From the NCBI GenBank assembly GCA_902529885.1, contig CABZYC010000001.1, positions 89,719 to 153,718 on the forward strand: a stretch of DNA of 64,000 bases, in the 5' to 3' direction. The DNA is from an uncultured Candidatus Woesearchaeota archaeon (GTDB lineage Archaea > Nanobdellota > Nanobdellia > Woesearchaeales > GW2011-AR9). The notes under the pieces are model-generated. The model worked only from the letters and a program-made list of their open reading frames with translations. It was not told the DNA's origin and did no database searches. This document shows, one piece after another, positions 1 through 11,800 of the stretch. How positions within the stretch are numbered: the stretch's first letter is position 1; each line of letters begins with the position of its first letter. The translations under genes were made by a program, and so were the position numbers.

Positions 1-505
1 CTTCATTATACGTTAAGTCTGCAACAACTGTACCATCAACTTGACCAACAGCAACACTTGCAACCATGTCAGTCATTGGAATTCCTGCATCAGCAAGTGC
101 AATACTACTTGCAGAGATAGCTGCACAGCGTGTACCTGCATCTGTTTGCGGTAATTCAACAAACACGTCAACAATGGTGTTAGGATACTTGCTTAAATCT
201 ACGACAGGTTCTAACGCACCAGTCATTACTTTTCCAATTTCTTGACTCCGACGCTTATGACCAGGCCGTATCCGGCTACCATACCCACTAAAAGGCATCA
301 TGTTATAATGAAACCGTAAAATTCCTTTAGTTGGATTAGCTAAAAAACGAGGAGCAGGCCTTGGACCATATACTGCAACATAAACAACAGTGTTACCAAC
401 ACGAAAATATGCAGAACCGTCAGCATTAGGTATTACACCTGAACGTGCTTCCATTTCACGAAGCTCTTTGGTCTTCCGTCCATCAAGCCGTTTATTGTAC
501 GCCAT
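1..505 (-). CDS. rrp41: Exosome complex exonuclease Rrp41 (partial, runs off left edge)
   Basis: Not in ORF track. Manual translation from ATG 505 gives MAYNKRLDGRKTKELREMEARSGVIPNADGSAYFRVGNTVVYVAVYGPR..., the RNase PH signature. Follows rrp4 as in the conserved exosome operon. Confidence 0.95.
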   Translation of the reverse strand, partial: MAYNKRLDGRKTKELREMEARSGVIPNADGSAYFRVGNTVVYVAVYGPRPAPRFLANPTKGILRFHYNMMPFSGYGSRIRPGHKRRSQEIGKVMTGALEPVVDLSKYPNTIVDVFVELPQTDAGTRCAAISASSIALADAGIPMTDMVASVAVGQVDGTVVADLTYNE

Positions 506-1175
506 TTAAATAAGCCTCCACCTTCTCTGTTAAGCCGCTCTGGTGAGCATGTTCATTAACAATTTTAATCGCGTTCTCTGCACGATACTCGTTTTCGGGA
601 GTATCTGCACGAATCCACACTAAGCCATTCTGGCCAACAGTAATATCTGCATTAGTTTGCTTTTTAATTAAGCCAATCATGCTACCCATTTTACCAATAA
701 CCCGTGGCACTTTATTACAATTAATTTTAATCACTCGCCCACCTTCTAAACGATGAAGTTCGGGGTCACGCATCCCAACGTCAACCATGTTTTGAGAACT
801 AACTTTGGTTATCTTAACAACACAAAAATCGCCTATATCAAGCAGGTTACGTAAATTTTCTGATTTTACAAATTTGTTACTTGCATCACGCACAGGTAAC
901 ATTGCAGGATAAACAGAGCCAGTATTAATACGCCACCCACTCATTAAAATATCGTACACTTTCCCAATTATTTTATCGCCAACCCTCGGGAAATAAGGGC
1001 CGTTCAAAGGAGTTACTTTAATAACGCGGCCATCAGTGCCGACTGTCCCTAATCGTTTTGCAACAATTTCTTCCTCACGACGAAAGGTGTTATCACCAGG
1101 TAGGTGGTCCATCCCCGTCGCTAATATTTGACCTGGCACAACTACTTGCCGTGCCTCAACGTGTATATTACTCAT
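492..1175 (-). CDS. rrp4: Exosome RNA-binding protein Rrp4 (S1+KH)
   Basis: VVVPGQ start, YFPRVGDKIIG, KH motif PRVIGKMGSMI, VGQNGLVW, AHQSGLT; synteny. Confidence 0.95.
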   Translation of the reverse strand: MSNIHVEARQVVVPGQILATGMDHLPGDNTFRREEEIVAKRLGTVGTDGRVIKVTPLNGPYFPRVGDKIIGKVYDILMSGWRINTGSVYPAMLPVRDASNKFVKSENLRNLLDIGDFCVVKITKVSSQNMVDVGMRDPELHRLEGGRVIKINCNKVPRVIGKMGSMIGLIKKQTNADITVGQNGLVWIRADTPENEYRAENAIKIVNEHAHQSGLTEKVEAYLNGVQ

Positions 1176-1818
1176 TGTAAATCTCTATCGTACCGTGCGC
1201 TACAGACTGTAACATGTCAATTAAGCGCTGTTGGAAACCAGCCGGTACTTCCACTTTTATCCTCCAACTACCAGACGAATCCCATTGCTCTTTTAAAAGC
1301 TTACTGTTCTGTCTGACAGTATGTTGAGTTGCACCAACATATTGGGCAGGAATAATTATAGTAAAGACTTTAGTTTCTATACTAATAGGTATTATTGGTC
1401 TAAGCCTACGAATTATATCATCAAACTGACTTTTTACGCTCGCATGCTCAGACAAATGAACTTTGGCCTGTTCAAGCGAAGATTGAATCACACTTTTTGT
1501 AAAAACTATTTTTGTTTGCGCATTAACACTGTTAACCTGTATCATATCGATCAAACGGTTCCATCGTTGTTCACGCTGCTTTTTGCGAACATCTGCTGGA
1601 ACCAAAATTTCTCCTCTTGAAGTCATTATAAGGATAACGTCTGCTGCAACAGTAGTGTTAAACACTGTCTGCAATTCTTGGTTTGATGGTCGTAAACCCT
1701 GACTTATATCAGTATAAATATCAGTCAGTAGATAGTCACCATCAGGAAAAAGATCGTAATCTATCTCTGCTTCAAAATGTTCGTTACCTTTTTTATAACG
1801 TACAAGTGTCCGGCTCAT
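1168..1818 (-). CDS. sdo1: Ribosome maturation factor SBDS/SDO1
   Basis: LVRYKKGNEHFE, LRPIIPI, C-terminal VEVPAGFQ; lies between psmA and rrp4. Confidence 0.9.
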   Translation of the reverse strand: MSRTLVRYKKGNEHFEAEIDYDLFPDGDYLLTDIYTDISQGLRPSNQELQTVFNTTVAADVILIMTSRGEILVPADVRKKQREQRWNRLIDMIQVNSVNAQTKIVFTKSVIQSSLEQAKVHLSEHASVKSQFDDIIRRLRPIIPISIETKVFTIIIPAQYVGATQHTVRQNSKLLKEQWDSSGSWRIKVEVPAGFQQRLIDMLQSVAHGTIEIYNE

Positions 1819-2516
1819 TTAAGGTATGTCTTTAAGTCAGCAGAACTCAGATGTTTTTTACCATCACTCTTCACTATAACTGCGTCAACACGGTCAATAC
1901 TAAAGTCTCCTTGTAAATATTCTTTTAAACTATTCACTGCGAGAGATAAGCCTTCTTTGACAGAGATTGAAGCACGATACTTTTTTTGTAATACTTCAGT
2001 GATCTCTTGCTCACCTTCACCAATAACTACTGCTTTATACTGAAAATATAAGCCGTAAGGTTCAGTTAAATACAATTTTGGTGAACCGTCATTTTCAACA
2101 CCTGCAATCAATAAACTTACACCGAATGGCCGAAGACCGCCTGACTGAGTACATATCTGTTTTAAATCACATATCTCTTTTACGATTGATAACACATCAA
2201 TAGGTGAATCATACGTTACACGGTGCTGCTGACTTTTAACCTGTGCACGGTCAACAAGTACACGAGCGTCAGGGATAATACCTGCTGCAGTCAATACAAC
2301 ATGGTCGTCAACATCGAACACCTTCTCTACACTTTCTGGAATCATTAGTTTGCTTGCAACACGCTTATCAGCTACTAACACAACACCGTCTTTACACATT
2401 ATACCAATAGCCGTGCTACCTTGCTTAACAGTCTTTTTTGCATATTCTACCTGTAACAATCGTCCGTCAGGACTAAACATTGTAATACTACGATCATAAC
2501 TCATTTTATCAATCAT
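1815..2516 (-). CDS. psmA: Proteasome alpha subunit
   Basis: YDRSITMFSPDGRLLQVEYA signature, RPFGVSLL. Confidence 0.98.
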   Translation of the reverse strand: MIDKMSYDRSITMFSPDGRLLQVEYAKKTVKQGSTAIGIMCKDGVVLVADKRVASKLMIPESVEKVFDVDDHVVLTAAGIIPDARVLVDRAQVKSQQHRVTYDSPIDVLSIVKEICDLKQICTQSGGLRPFGVSLLIAGVENDGSPKLYLTEPYGLYFQYKAVVIGEGEQEITEVLQKKYRASISVKEGLSLAVNSLKEYLQGDFSIDRVDAVIVKSDGKKHLSSADLKTYLK

Positions 2517-2833
2517 TTTAATTCCTCTTTCGCTTTCGCGATAATACCAGTGGTTAACACACTAGATATGGTAACTTCTTTATTTTTATACATTGTGATA
2601 AGAAACATTGACTTAATAACATCTTTCACGTACGAAGGTGCACAACGTACAATGAAACGGTTCCCTTCAACACATTCAGGTAACAACTGTATACCGCTAT
2701 CCCCTAGATACATACCAAAACACTTTTCAAACTGCTTTTGCACCATTGAAAGTAACTCTTTTTTAGACAGCTTAATTGAACATTCAAACAAGACATAACG
2801 TTTCTTATCCTTTAAAGAAGGGCGAAGTTTCAT
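2513..2833 (-). CDS. rnp2: RNase P protein Pop5/Rpp14
   Basis: LRPSLKDKKRYV N-terminus, TTGIIAKA C-terminus; directly upstream of psmA. Confidence 0.88.
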   Translation of the reverse strand: MKLRPSLKDKKRYVLFECSIKLSKKELLSMVQKQFEKCFGMYLGDSGIQLLPECVEGNRFIVRCAPSYVKDVIKSMFLITMYKNKEVTISSVLTTGIIAKAKEELK

Positions 2834-2857
2834 ATCACAACAAGAACTGTACTATTT

Positions 2858-5800
2858 TTAAAACTTGCCACCTTCAAGCTCTTCACGAAGGTCCACAATC
2901 TTTTGGTACACTTTACTTTGTAGTACAGGACTTAAACTTCCATACATCTTGTACACCTTCATGTAATATTTGCGTTTTTCTGTAGACTTATCAGACTTTT
3001 TAGCTAAATCAATCAAATTTTCAATACGTTTCTCAGCAAGTAATTGTCCTTCTATCTGTGAACGTAAACTCATTACGCGGCCATAATAATCTTGCTTTTT
3101 ACTTTCACTCAGTTTCATATACAATTCGTAAGCTGACCCATAATGACTTTTCAAGGTGTCTACACTTGACACATCAACACTACCTTCAATCTTGCGTAAA
3201 CGTCTTCGTAATCGGCGGTGTGGGGCTATTAAATCGTACCCAATGAATAAGCCGCCAAGGAACGTAAAACCACCTATTCCTGAAGCTAATAGTAACGTCA
3301 TGTTAACGGGCCCTTCCTCTTGCTGCACAATAACTTGTGGAGGAGTAACCACTATCTGTTCAGGGACAGTTTTGGCATCACTAAAGTCGCCCGGGCACCA
3401 TTGTTCTTCTGTAGGTTTTTCTTTACGTAGAAAGTTCCCTAACCCGTACTCTTCAAAACAGCTGTTTGCATCAGTACAATCTCGAACTTGAAAGTTATCA
3501 TCACAAACAGACCAGTCGCCACATTCCCATTCCTGCGTACAATCATCAGAAGTCAAGGTGTAACTTGAACCACCACCAGATGAACTGCTACTAGATGAAC
3601 TTCCGCCACCGCCACCGCCACCGCCAGATGAACCGCCACTTGATGAACCACTATCATCATCAGAACTACTGTCATCAGAACTATCATCGTCATTTGTTAA
3701 AGCTGCTAACCTTGAAGTGAGGCTACTTGTATAATTACCTAACAAAGGCAGATAATCCCCACCAACACTTATGTTGCCGGACGCATTGTACGGAACAGGC
3801 CTATCTGCAATACCATCACTTGAAATGTTTGGGATCCCAGAATAAGTACCGTTCCCATCATCTTTCCCATCATCTTGGTAATCACTGTACCAGTTACCAC
3901 CAGTACAGTTGTTGCCCAGAATGTTTGTTTTGGAACAATCATACGATGAATTAAAGATAGTATCATTATGACTAATTATTGAAACGTTACTTGTGTTAAA
4001 TATATTATCATAGACCCTTATGCTAGCATTCGTAATGTCTACACCAATTGGACAATTAAACTCGTTACCTGCAACCTGTATAAAATTTGCAACAGATATG
4101 TTTCTAATTTTAACACATGTATCATTCGCACCAACGTACGTGCCACGGATATAACCTTCGTTATTATCCCTACGAGATATTCCTGTCACAACATCATAAA
4201 TCGTGGAATTAAGAATGTATGCATCACCTAACTGTGATACACCCAACACCGAACCTTTGATTACAGAACGGTTAATAGTACCATGATCCACCATTGTTGC
4301 CCCAATACTAAAATTAGAAACAATACAGTTTTTGAACGTATTCTGAGCACTCATGTTCACAGCCATGCCTGTCCCATTACCAATAAGACTATGGCCTGAA
4401 CAGTCAAAAGTTATGGCAGGAGTTTGCAGGTTAAAACAAGTTTCACCATCAGTTAAGTTTATTGTAATATCTTGGTTCAAGGTTACATTCATTGTAACAT
4501 TCTGTTCAGTACCACCACAACTTATTTCCCCTACCTCTGTCAAGGGCAGCATGTCACCAAACGCCCCTGTATCAGAACCGTTGAATGGAAGCAAAGTTTC
4601 ACCTACACCGTCCAAATCTACGTCCCAGCCATCGTAGCTACCCCAGTAATTACCACCAGTACAATTACCACCAAGAATGTTAATGCTTGAACAGTTCAAA
4701 GTAGTATTCCAAGAAATATCTGAATGTACATCATGGTATGCAGGATAGGTTGTGTTAAACAAATTATTGTACAATGTTACATTAGTCGTGTTTTGGAAGT
4801 AAACACTATAATTCTTCAAATTATATGCTTTATTATTAGCCATCACAGTCGAGTTTACTGTATCAAAAGTGACAGTTGTAGTACTATGATTGAAAGTATT
4901 ATTCAATAAATTACTTCCACTAACCTTGTACATCATTAAAGGTACGCCATCAGAACCATTAAACAAGAGCTTGAACACAGTCAATGAAGCAGTATTCCTT
5001 ACTGTAACCCCATTTGTAGAATTATAAATTGAAACATTTGTAATGTTAACACCATCAATTAGATTGAGGTACATAGCTTCAGTTACAAAATTGTACAATA
5101 CGTTATTTTCCAATGTAAGATTATCTGAAGCAAGAACACGTACACCAACAGTACCATTCACAAACGTGTTATCAAATATTTGGTTATGATCAGATTCAAC
5201 CAATTGAACACTTCGATTCAAACGAAGGAACGTGTTAGAAGTAATATAACTATTATTTATTTCACTAAAATTAACACCAATAAAACTGTCAGCGATAGTC
5301 ATCCCACTTATGTTTATGCCCACTGCAGGATCAACATAAACAGCCGTTGTAAAATTGCTTACAGTACCACCAGTCAAAGTCACATTATCATAATCACTAA
5401 TGTTCACGCCAATACCGCTACCGTTACCAATAAGTTCATTACCGTTAAGGTCAATCACAATGTTGTCTGCTTTCACAATGAAGGCTGACTGGTTACATGA
5501 AACATCTTCAGTTAAAGTAATATCATGGTAAATGTGTGCGCCGCACATCATATTAAAATCAACGTATGCAACACCACTCCTGTTAACAACAGGCGCAGTA
5601 TTGAAATTTACCAAATAGTGTGAACTGTTCGCAGACGCGTTCATTGCACCACCCATAGATTTTATCCGTCTATCACAACTGTCTGGTTCTAACCCAGTAG
5701 CGTTCCAATCAATGCAAACCCCACCATTCAAACGTTGTTGATGCTGTAACATAACAGTTGCATAATCAACCTCGCTACGTTCAGCAGTGTTACCAAGGTC

Positions 5801-8800
5801 AGTAATGCCACTAAAATTAAAATAAGTGTTTGTACCATTACTTGATAACACAAAAGTGCTGGCGTTAAAGTCAGTCTCATTAAACAAGGACCTAAACCGC
5901 CAAATAGGGTAAGAACTACTGTACGTAATATACTGCCAAACGTTAGGTACAATCTCGCCATCTTCAAGCGTGCCCGTATAAGAAGCTGTAGCTGTCAAAC
6001 TTGCAGTTGCACTATCAGACGGTGCATAGTATACACGGCTCACATACAACATTAAAGGTAACTCATCATGCGTGTCAGAATCAATATTGTACCGAGTAGG
6101 CTGATCACTAATACCGTCACCTTCTACACCACCATTATACCCGTTGTCAAGCCCGTAAAAGTCATTGTAAAAGTTTCCGCCCTTACATGGTCCGCCAACA
6201 ATGTTTGGACCATCCGAGCAAGTGTATGAACCGTACCAAGTGTTACTACCGGTATCATCAACATTTTCGGTGTTATCAAAATAATTGTCTTTAATAGTAT
6301 TAGAATCACTTGACGTAATATTTAACCCGTACCCATTATCTTCAATCCAGTTCTCAGCAATAATGTTACCGTCACTATCACCTTGCAATAACATACCGCC
6401 TGCGTTACGTCGTAGAACGTTGTACACTATGTTCATTGAATCAACATCAGTAAAATTGTACGCAGTCTTATTACTATCCTGGATGTCAATGTCCCTAAAA
6501 TGTTCTCCTAAAACACTGTTCAATACAGCAGTTGTGTTCAAGTTAAAAAAGCGGGCGTTCAAATAATCAGTGTTACTAACCACCATGGTGTCTGCTGACG
6601 AATAAGATAATTGAATGTTTGAACTAGTGTCAACCTCAATTGTGTCTTCAAGCGTGTTATTTGTGAAAAGGTTTTCTGCTAAATTTGATTTCACAATATC
6701 AACCATAGTAACATTCACACTTGTTATGTTCATTACAGTCAAATCTGATGCACCGTCAATATCTAAAAACCTTGAATATGTATCACCATAAATGTTTAAC
6801 AAGGCAACGTCTGCAAACCCAACAGAACCATTAGATGTATAGGTATTATTTATAGAATGCACATTTGTGCTTGAACCTACTTGCATCACGCTTAAATCGC
6901 TACTAAAATTGTTATCTGACAAATTTAGATTGTCAATATCACTAAGCATAATGTGTGCAGTACTAGCTTTGGACGCACTCCCATCAAATATGTTACCGCT
7001 CATGTTAACACCACCAATATCACCGTGGAATCGTAATGCATACTGTGAACTTTCACCAAACGTATTATTTTTAATAGTTATACCCGACACATTTTGGTAC
7101 ACACGCAATAAAGTTCGTGCGTCGTTAAACGTATTCTTGTAATACGTGTGAGCTTCACTAAAGGTTGCACTATACGACGCAAAATAATCGTGTCTATCAT
7201 AAGTGTTATACTGTACACTTGCACCGTCAACATTAACAAAGTATGACCCGTGATAATTCCTACTAAAATCGTTGCTGTGCACATAAACATTATCACTGTC
7301 AAACATGAACACACCGTAAAACTTTTTGTTCAAAGCAATAATGTTATCCGTCACATTTACATAAGACCCGTTCACAACATAAATCCCGTTATTATCACGT
7401 TCTAAGGAAGTGTTAGTAATAGTAGTATCATTCACGTCAACCATGTAAATACCATAAAAACTATTGTCAGTGATAACATTCTCTTTATCAATGTTAATCA
7501 CACTACCGCCTTGAATGTTAATACCATAATAAAAGTTCGATATGTTACATTCACGTATTGTAATGTTATTATAACCAATACTCTTAATCCCTGAACCAGA
7601 ACCAGACCCCATGATACTATAACCATTACAATCTAATAGAACGTTATCTGCAGCAATGTAGACTGCTTCATCTTCATCACAAAAAATGTCAGTATTCAAG
7701 GCAGTATCTTCTGTTATACTTATACAATTACTATGGCCTTCACCATCATCATTAGTCAATGGAAAATAGTCTAAATCGTCGTTAATTTGGTATGGAACTT
7801 GAGTGTCACCCACCATGTCACCTTGCACAGAATAGTTACCAAACCCACTCCCACTATCCATCCCAGCATAATTACCGTAATAGTTACCACCAGACATGTT
7901 ACCGCCAAGAATGTTTGTCCCGAGTTGGTACGTAACATTAAAACTGTTCGAACTATTAGAATCCTGGTACACATTATATTCAGTACAGCTAGAACTGCAG
8001 TCAGTTACATTAATGATGTTGTTATACACTAAATTATCAGTACTATTAATGATGTCTAAACCAGTATAAGTTATGCCATATATTGTATTGTTCACAATTA
8101 AACTGTCAGTAGTATCCTCTAAACGAATACCATAATCACTATTATTAATTGTAATATTGTTAACCACGATATTGTTTGATGGATCAATATAAACACCTAT
8201 GTCAAACCCAAAAATGATGCCGTTATTAATACTCACGTTCTCTGCATCTTCGACTTTTATTGCGTACCCTTCACCTTCACCTTGAAACGTAAATCCACCT
8301 AGGTCAAACACTAAGTCGTCGCCAGTGATAAGATAACATGCTTCACCATCACTAAGTGAGTCAACATAAAGGTCAGCAGTCATACTAAAATCGCTTGTAA
8401 CTTCTTGGCAGTCAGGAGTACCTATCAAAGGTAGACTATCATTAATAAAAGTGGTACTATCATTGTAAGGTACTAAAGTGTCACCGATAAAATCACCTGA
8501 CACGTTCGGAACATGTTCATTGCTAGCATTACCGTTATCAACCCCTGTGTACCCACTCCAATAATTACCACCTATGTAAGAGTTACCAACAATATTTGTC
8601 CCGCTTGAAAGTTGGCGATACGATACATTCCAAAAGTGGGTTCCTGAAACTACAACGTTGGGTTTACCTGAATCGTTCCGAAACAAATTGTTGTAGATAG
8701 TACTGTTTATACCTGAGATGTTTAACGAAAGGTTTTTAGAATTAATGAATTTATTTGCTGTAATATTAGTAGAATTTGCAAACTCAACAACTAAACCAAA

Positions 8801-11800
8801 ACTATTATCTTCAAAAATATTACCTGAAATTGTCTTATTAGTACCATTGTAGTAATATAAACCGTACACATTATTTTCAAACGTACTATCCTCAATTGTA
8901 GCGTTACCGTAAACATGCAGAATACTATTATTATAATATTCGATTGAAGATAAAGTGGAAGTTCCGTTAATTGTCACCTCAGTAACATTTGTTAACACAA
9001 CATTGTCGAAGGTAACATTCTCTAGGTTTAAAGTATAATCACTTATGAATGTCACATTACTATCTTCTATTGTAGCAGTATGATTAGCTAAAATCAAGTT
9101 CGAGAAATGTTCAACGTTACAATCTACAACCGTTATAGAGTCATACCCAGTCGCATTAATAAAGGAACCAGTACCGTTACCAGTTACATTATAACCATCA
9201 CAATCCAAGGTGATATCGTCTGCTGCAAAATAGAAGCATGAGCCATTGCTTGAAAGATCACTCATCAATGTAATCGACTCACTATACGTCCCACCACATT
9301 GTGGTTCCCCTGGTGTTGTCAAAGGATAATAGTCACCTGGACTAAAATTACCTTCTTGAGTATAAGGGTAACTTAAGATAGATGTCCCATTCCCATAGAT
9401 ATCAGCAATACCATCACCAGTAATATCTGTTACATTAAGCTCAGCATAAAAGTTTCCTCCAAAATATACGTTACCATTTGCAGTGTCAGACACATTATAG
9501 TAAATATTATTGTCTCTCCCAGAAATAATTTGGGGGGTTATATTAAAATGGTTATATCCAGAGGTATCATTTATATTTATTGTATTCCCACTGAAATAAT
9601 TGTTAAAAATAGATACATTATTATTTATTGAACCAGATGAAGGAAATTGAATCCCTTGCTGGTTGTTAATAAAAAAAAAGTCAGTTATATTGATTGGATG
9701 TTTGGTGCCATTCAAAGCACGCATATAAAGGCCAATAGTATTATTCGTTATATTGACTATGCCCGAACCATAAACTGGATCAGATTCATAACGAGGAGGA
9801 ATGATACCAGCACAGTTACTATATATCCCTATTGAATTATTAGTTAAAATTATTGATTCCGCACGAGATAGATCAAAATAAGATTGTTCATCTAAACAAC
9901 TATTCGACGTGACCGCCCATAATCCCTCTGTGTTATTTTCTATTAACACGTTACCTATAATCTCAATCATCCCATAATGGTTTGGATTTATACGAAGACC
10001 ACTATCACCTCCACTAATGTTAACTTGATCTATGAAAGCTTCACCATCTTCAATTAATACGCCCCAACCCATAGAGGATGAAGTGTTAAAAACACCAGAA
10101 ATTGTTGGTTTTTGACCACCAAGGTTATCAACTAATATACCAAACCTCCAATAATCTAAGAATGTATTTAACTCAGTGGTTGATAGCGTCATTGAACTAT
10201 TTTCTAAATGGATTCCAGTATACCCCCCTTGTATCAAATTTCCTTCAATTATTAATTCATCATCACTAACATCTTCTAATTTTATTGCAGTCCCAACGGC
10301 CGCAGGCGCAGTTATATTTACAAATGAGTTATGGCTTATATTATTCTTCAATGAACCTGCCAATAACTCAATATGGATGAGATCCCAACCACCATAGAAA
10401 GGTCCAAACGTGTTATCATACACTTTATTCCCACCCATTGCAGTTGCAGTCGAAGTAATTATTGGCCCACCATTAAATACAATACCTCGTGTAGAATTAG
10501 TAAAGTTTGTCCAACTCGCATTTTCAGCCAGTGTTTCGCTTGAATTCCAATCAATAAACGTGTTACTATGTATCAAACTGTCGTGGACCCGGTCTTTCAA
10601 AAAGACATTCTCAATATTATTGTGGATACTATTATTATACAACGTTAGATCATTCGTGTCTTCTAAATATACACCGTACGTAAAATTAATGAATTCGCAG
10701 CCTTGAATTGTAACATTGTCATACCCAATAACTTCTATAGCACGCATGTGTGTTTCATTAGCATTTGAACCTTGCCCAATAAACCTTGTACCGTCACATG
10801 TCAAAATTGTATCATCACAAGTAATAGCTAAACCTTCTCCACCCTCGTCTGCATAAATGTCCATGTCCGGACATGTAACTTCACCACATATAGACCCAGG
10901 TATACTACACACATTCTCAATAAGGGGGTAACGGTCACCTTGGTCAAGAATCGGTTCAATCGATTCATTAGTACGGTGAGGCGTGTCAGTGTTACCTAAA
11001 CCGTCACCATCTGTATCATAACCGTGGTATGATCCCCAAAAGTTACCTCCAAGAAAGTGGCCGCCAACAATATTAGATTGGACTGGATCTAGGTCGTACA
11101 AAGGAGACTTTGCAACGTTCCAATACACATAACTGTTACTGTCTGTTTGTGCATTATCTTGACCATCCAAAAACTTGTTATCATAAATGACAGAAGCATT
11201 ATAATCAGTTAACTGTGTACGATCTGATCCATTCACTAAAGTCTCATTAAGATCATCACCAGAATCGTCACCAGTAAACAAAGCGGTGTTATTTACGTTT
11301 TGAATTAATAATGTCCCATTACTGAACGTGTTTAATGAAATTAAATGACCATACGTCCCATCAATGAACAAAGACTGGGTGTTGTTATCCATTAAGTTAG
11401 AAAGGATTGTGTTTTCTAAACCACCTGTGTCCATTCGAACACCATGGTCAAAACCATAGATCCTACAATTTTTAATGGTAACATTATCTCGCCCAGAAAG
11501 TTTGAACCCACTAAAATTATGGGTTGCGTTAGCTTGACAATCCATACAAGTTATACTGTGATTCCGACAATTAATCTCAACATTATCACGTTTTAAAACA
11601 AAACCATCCTCCTCATAACACTCAAAATCGTGTGCAATGTTATCTATACTTTCATACACTGCAATATCGCAGGAAGATATTGTTTCAACACCAATAATTG
11701 CACCCAATAAATTTCCATCTGAAGCGAAATATATGCCGCCAATAGCAACAGCTACTAACATGATTGCAGCTAACGCTAATGAGCCTCGGGTATTACGTTC

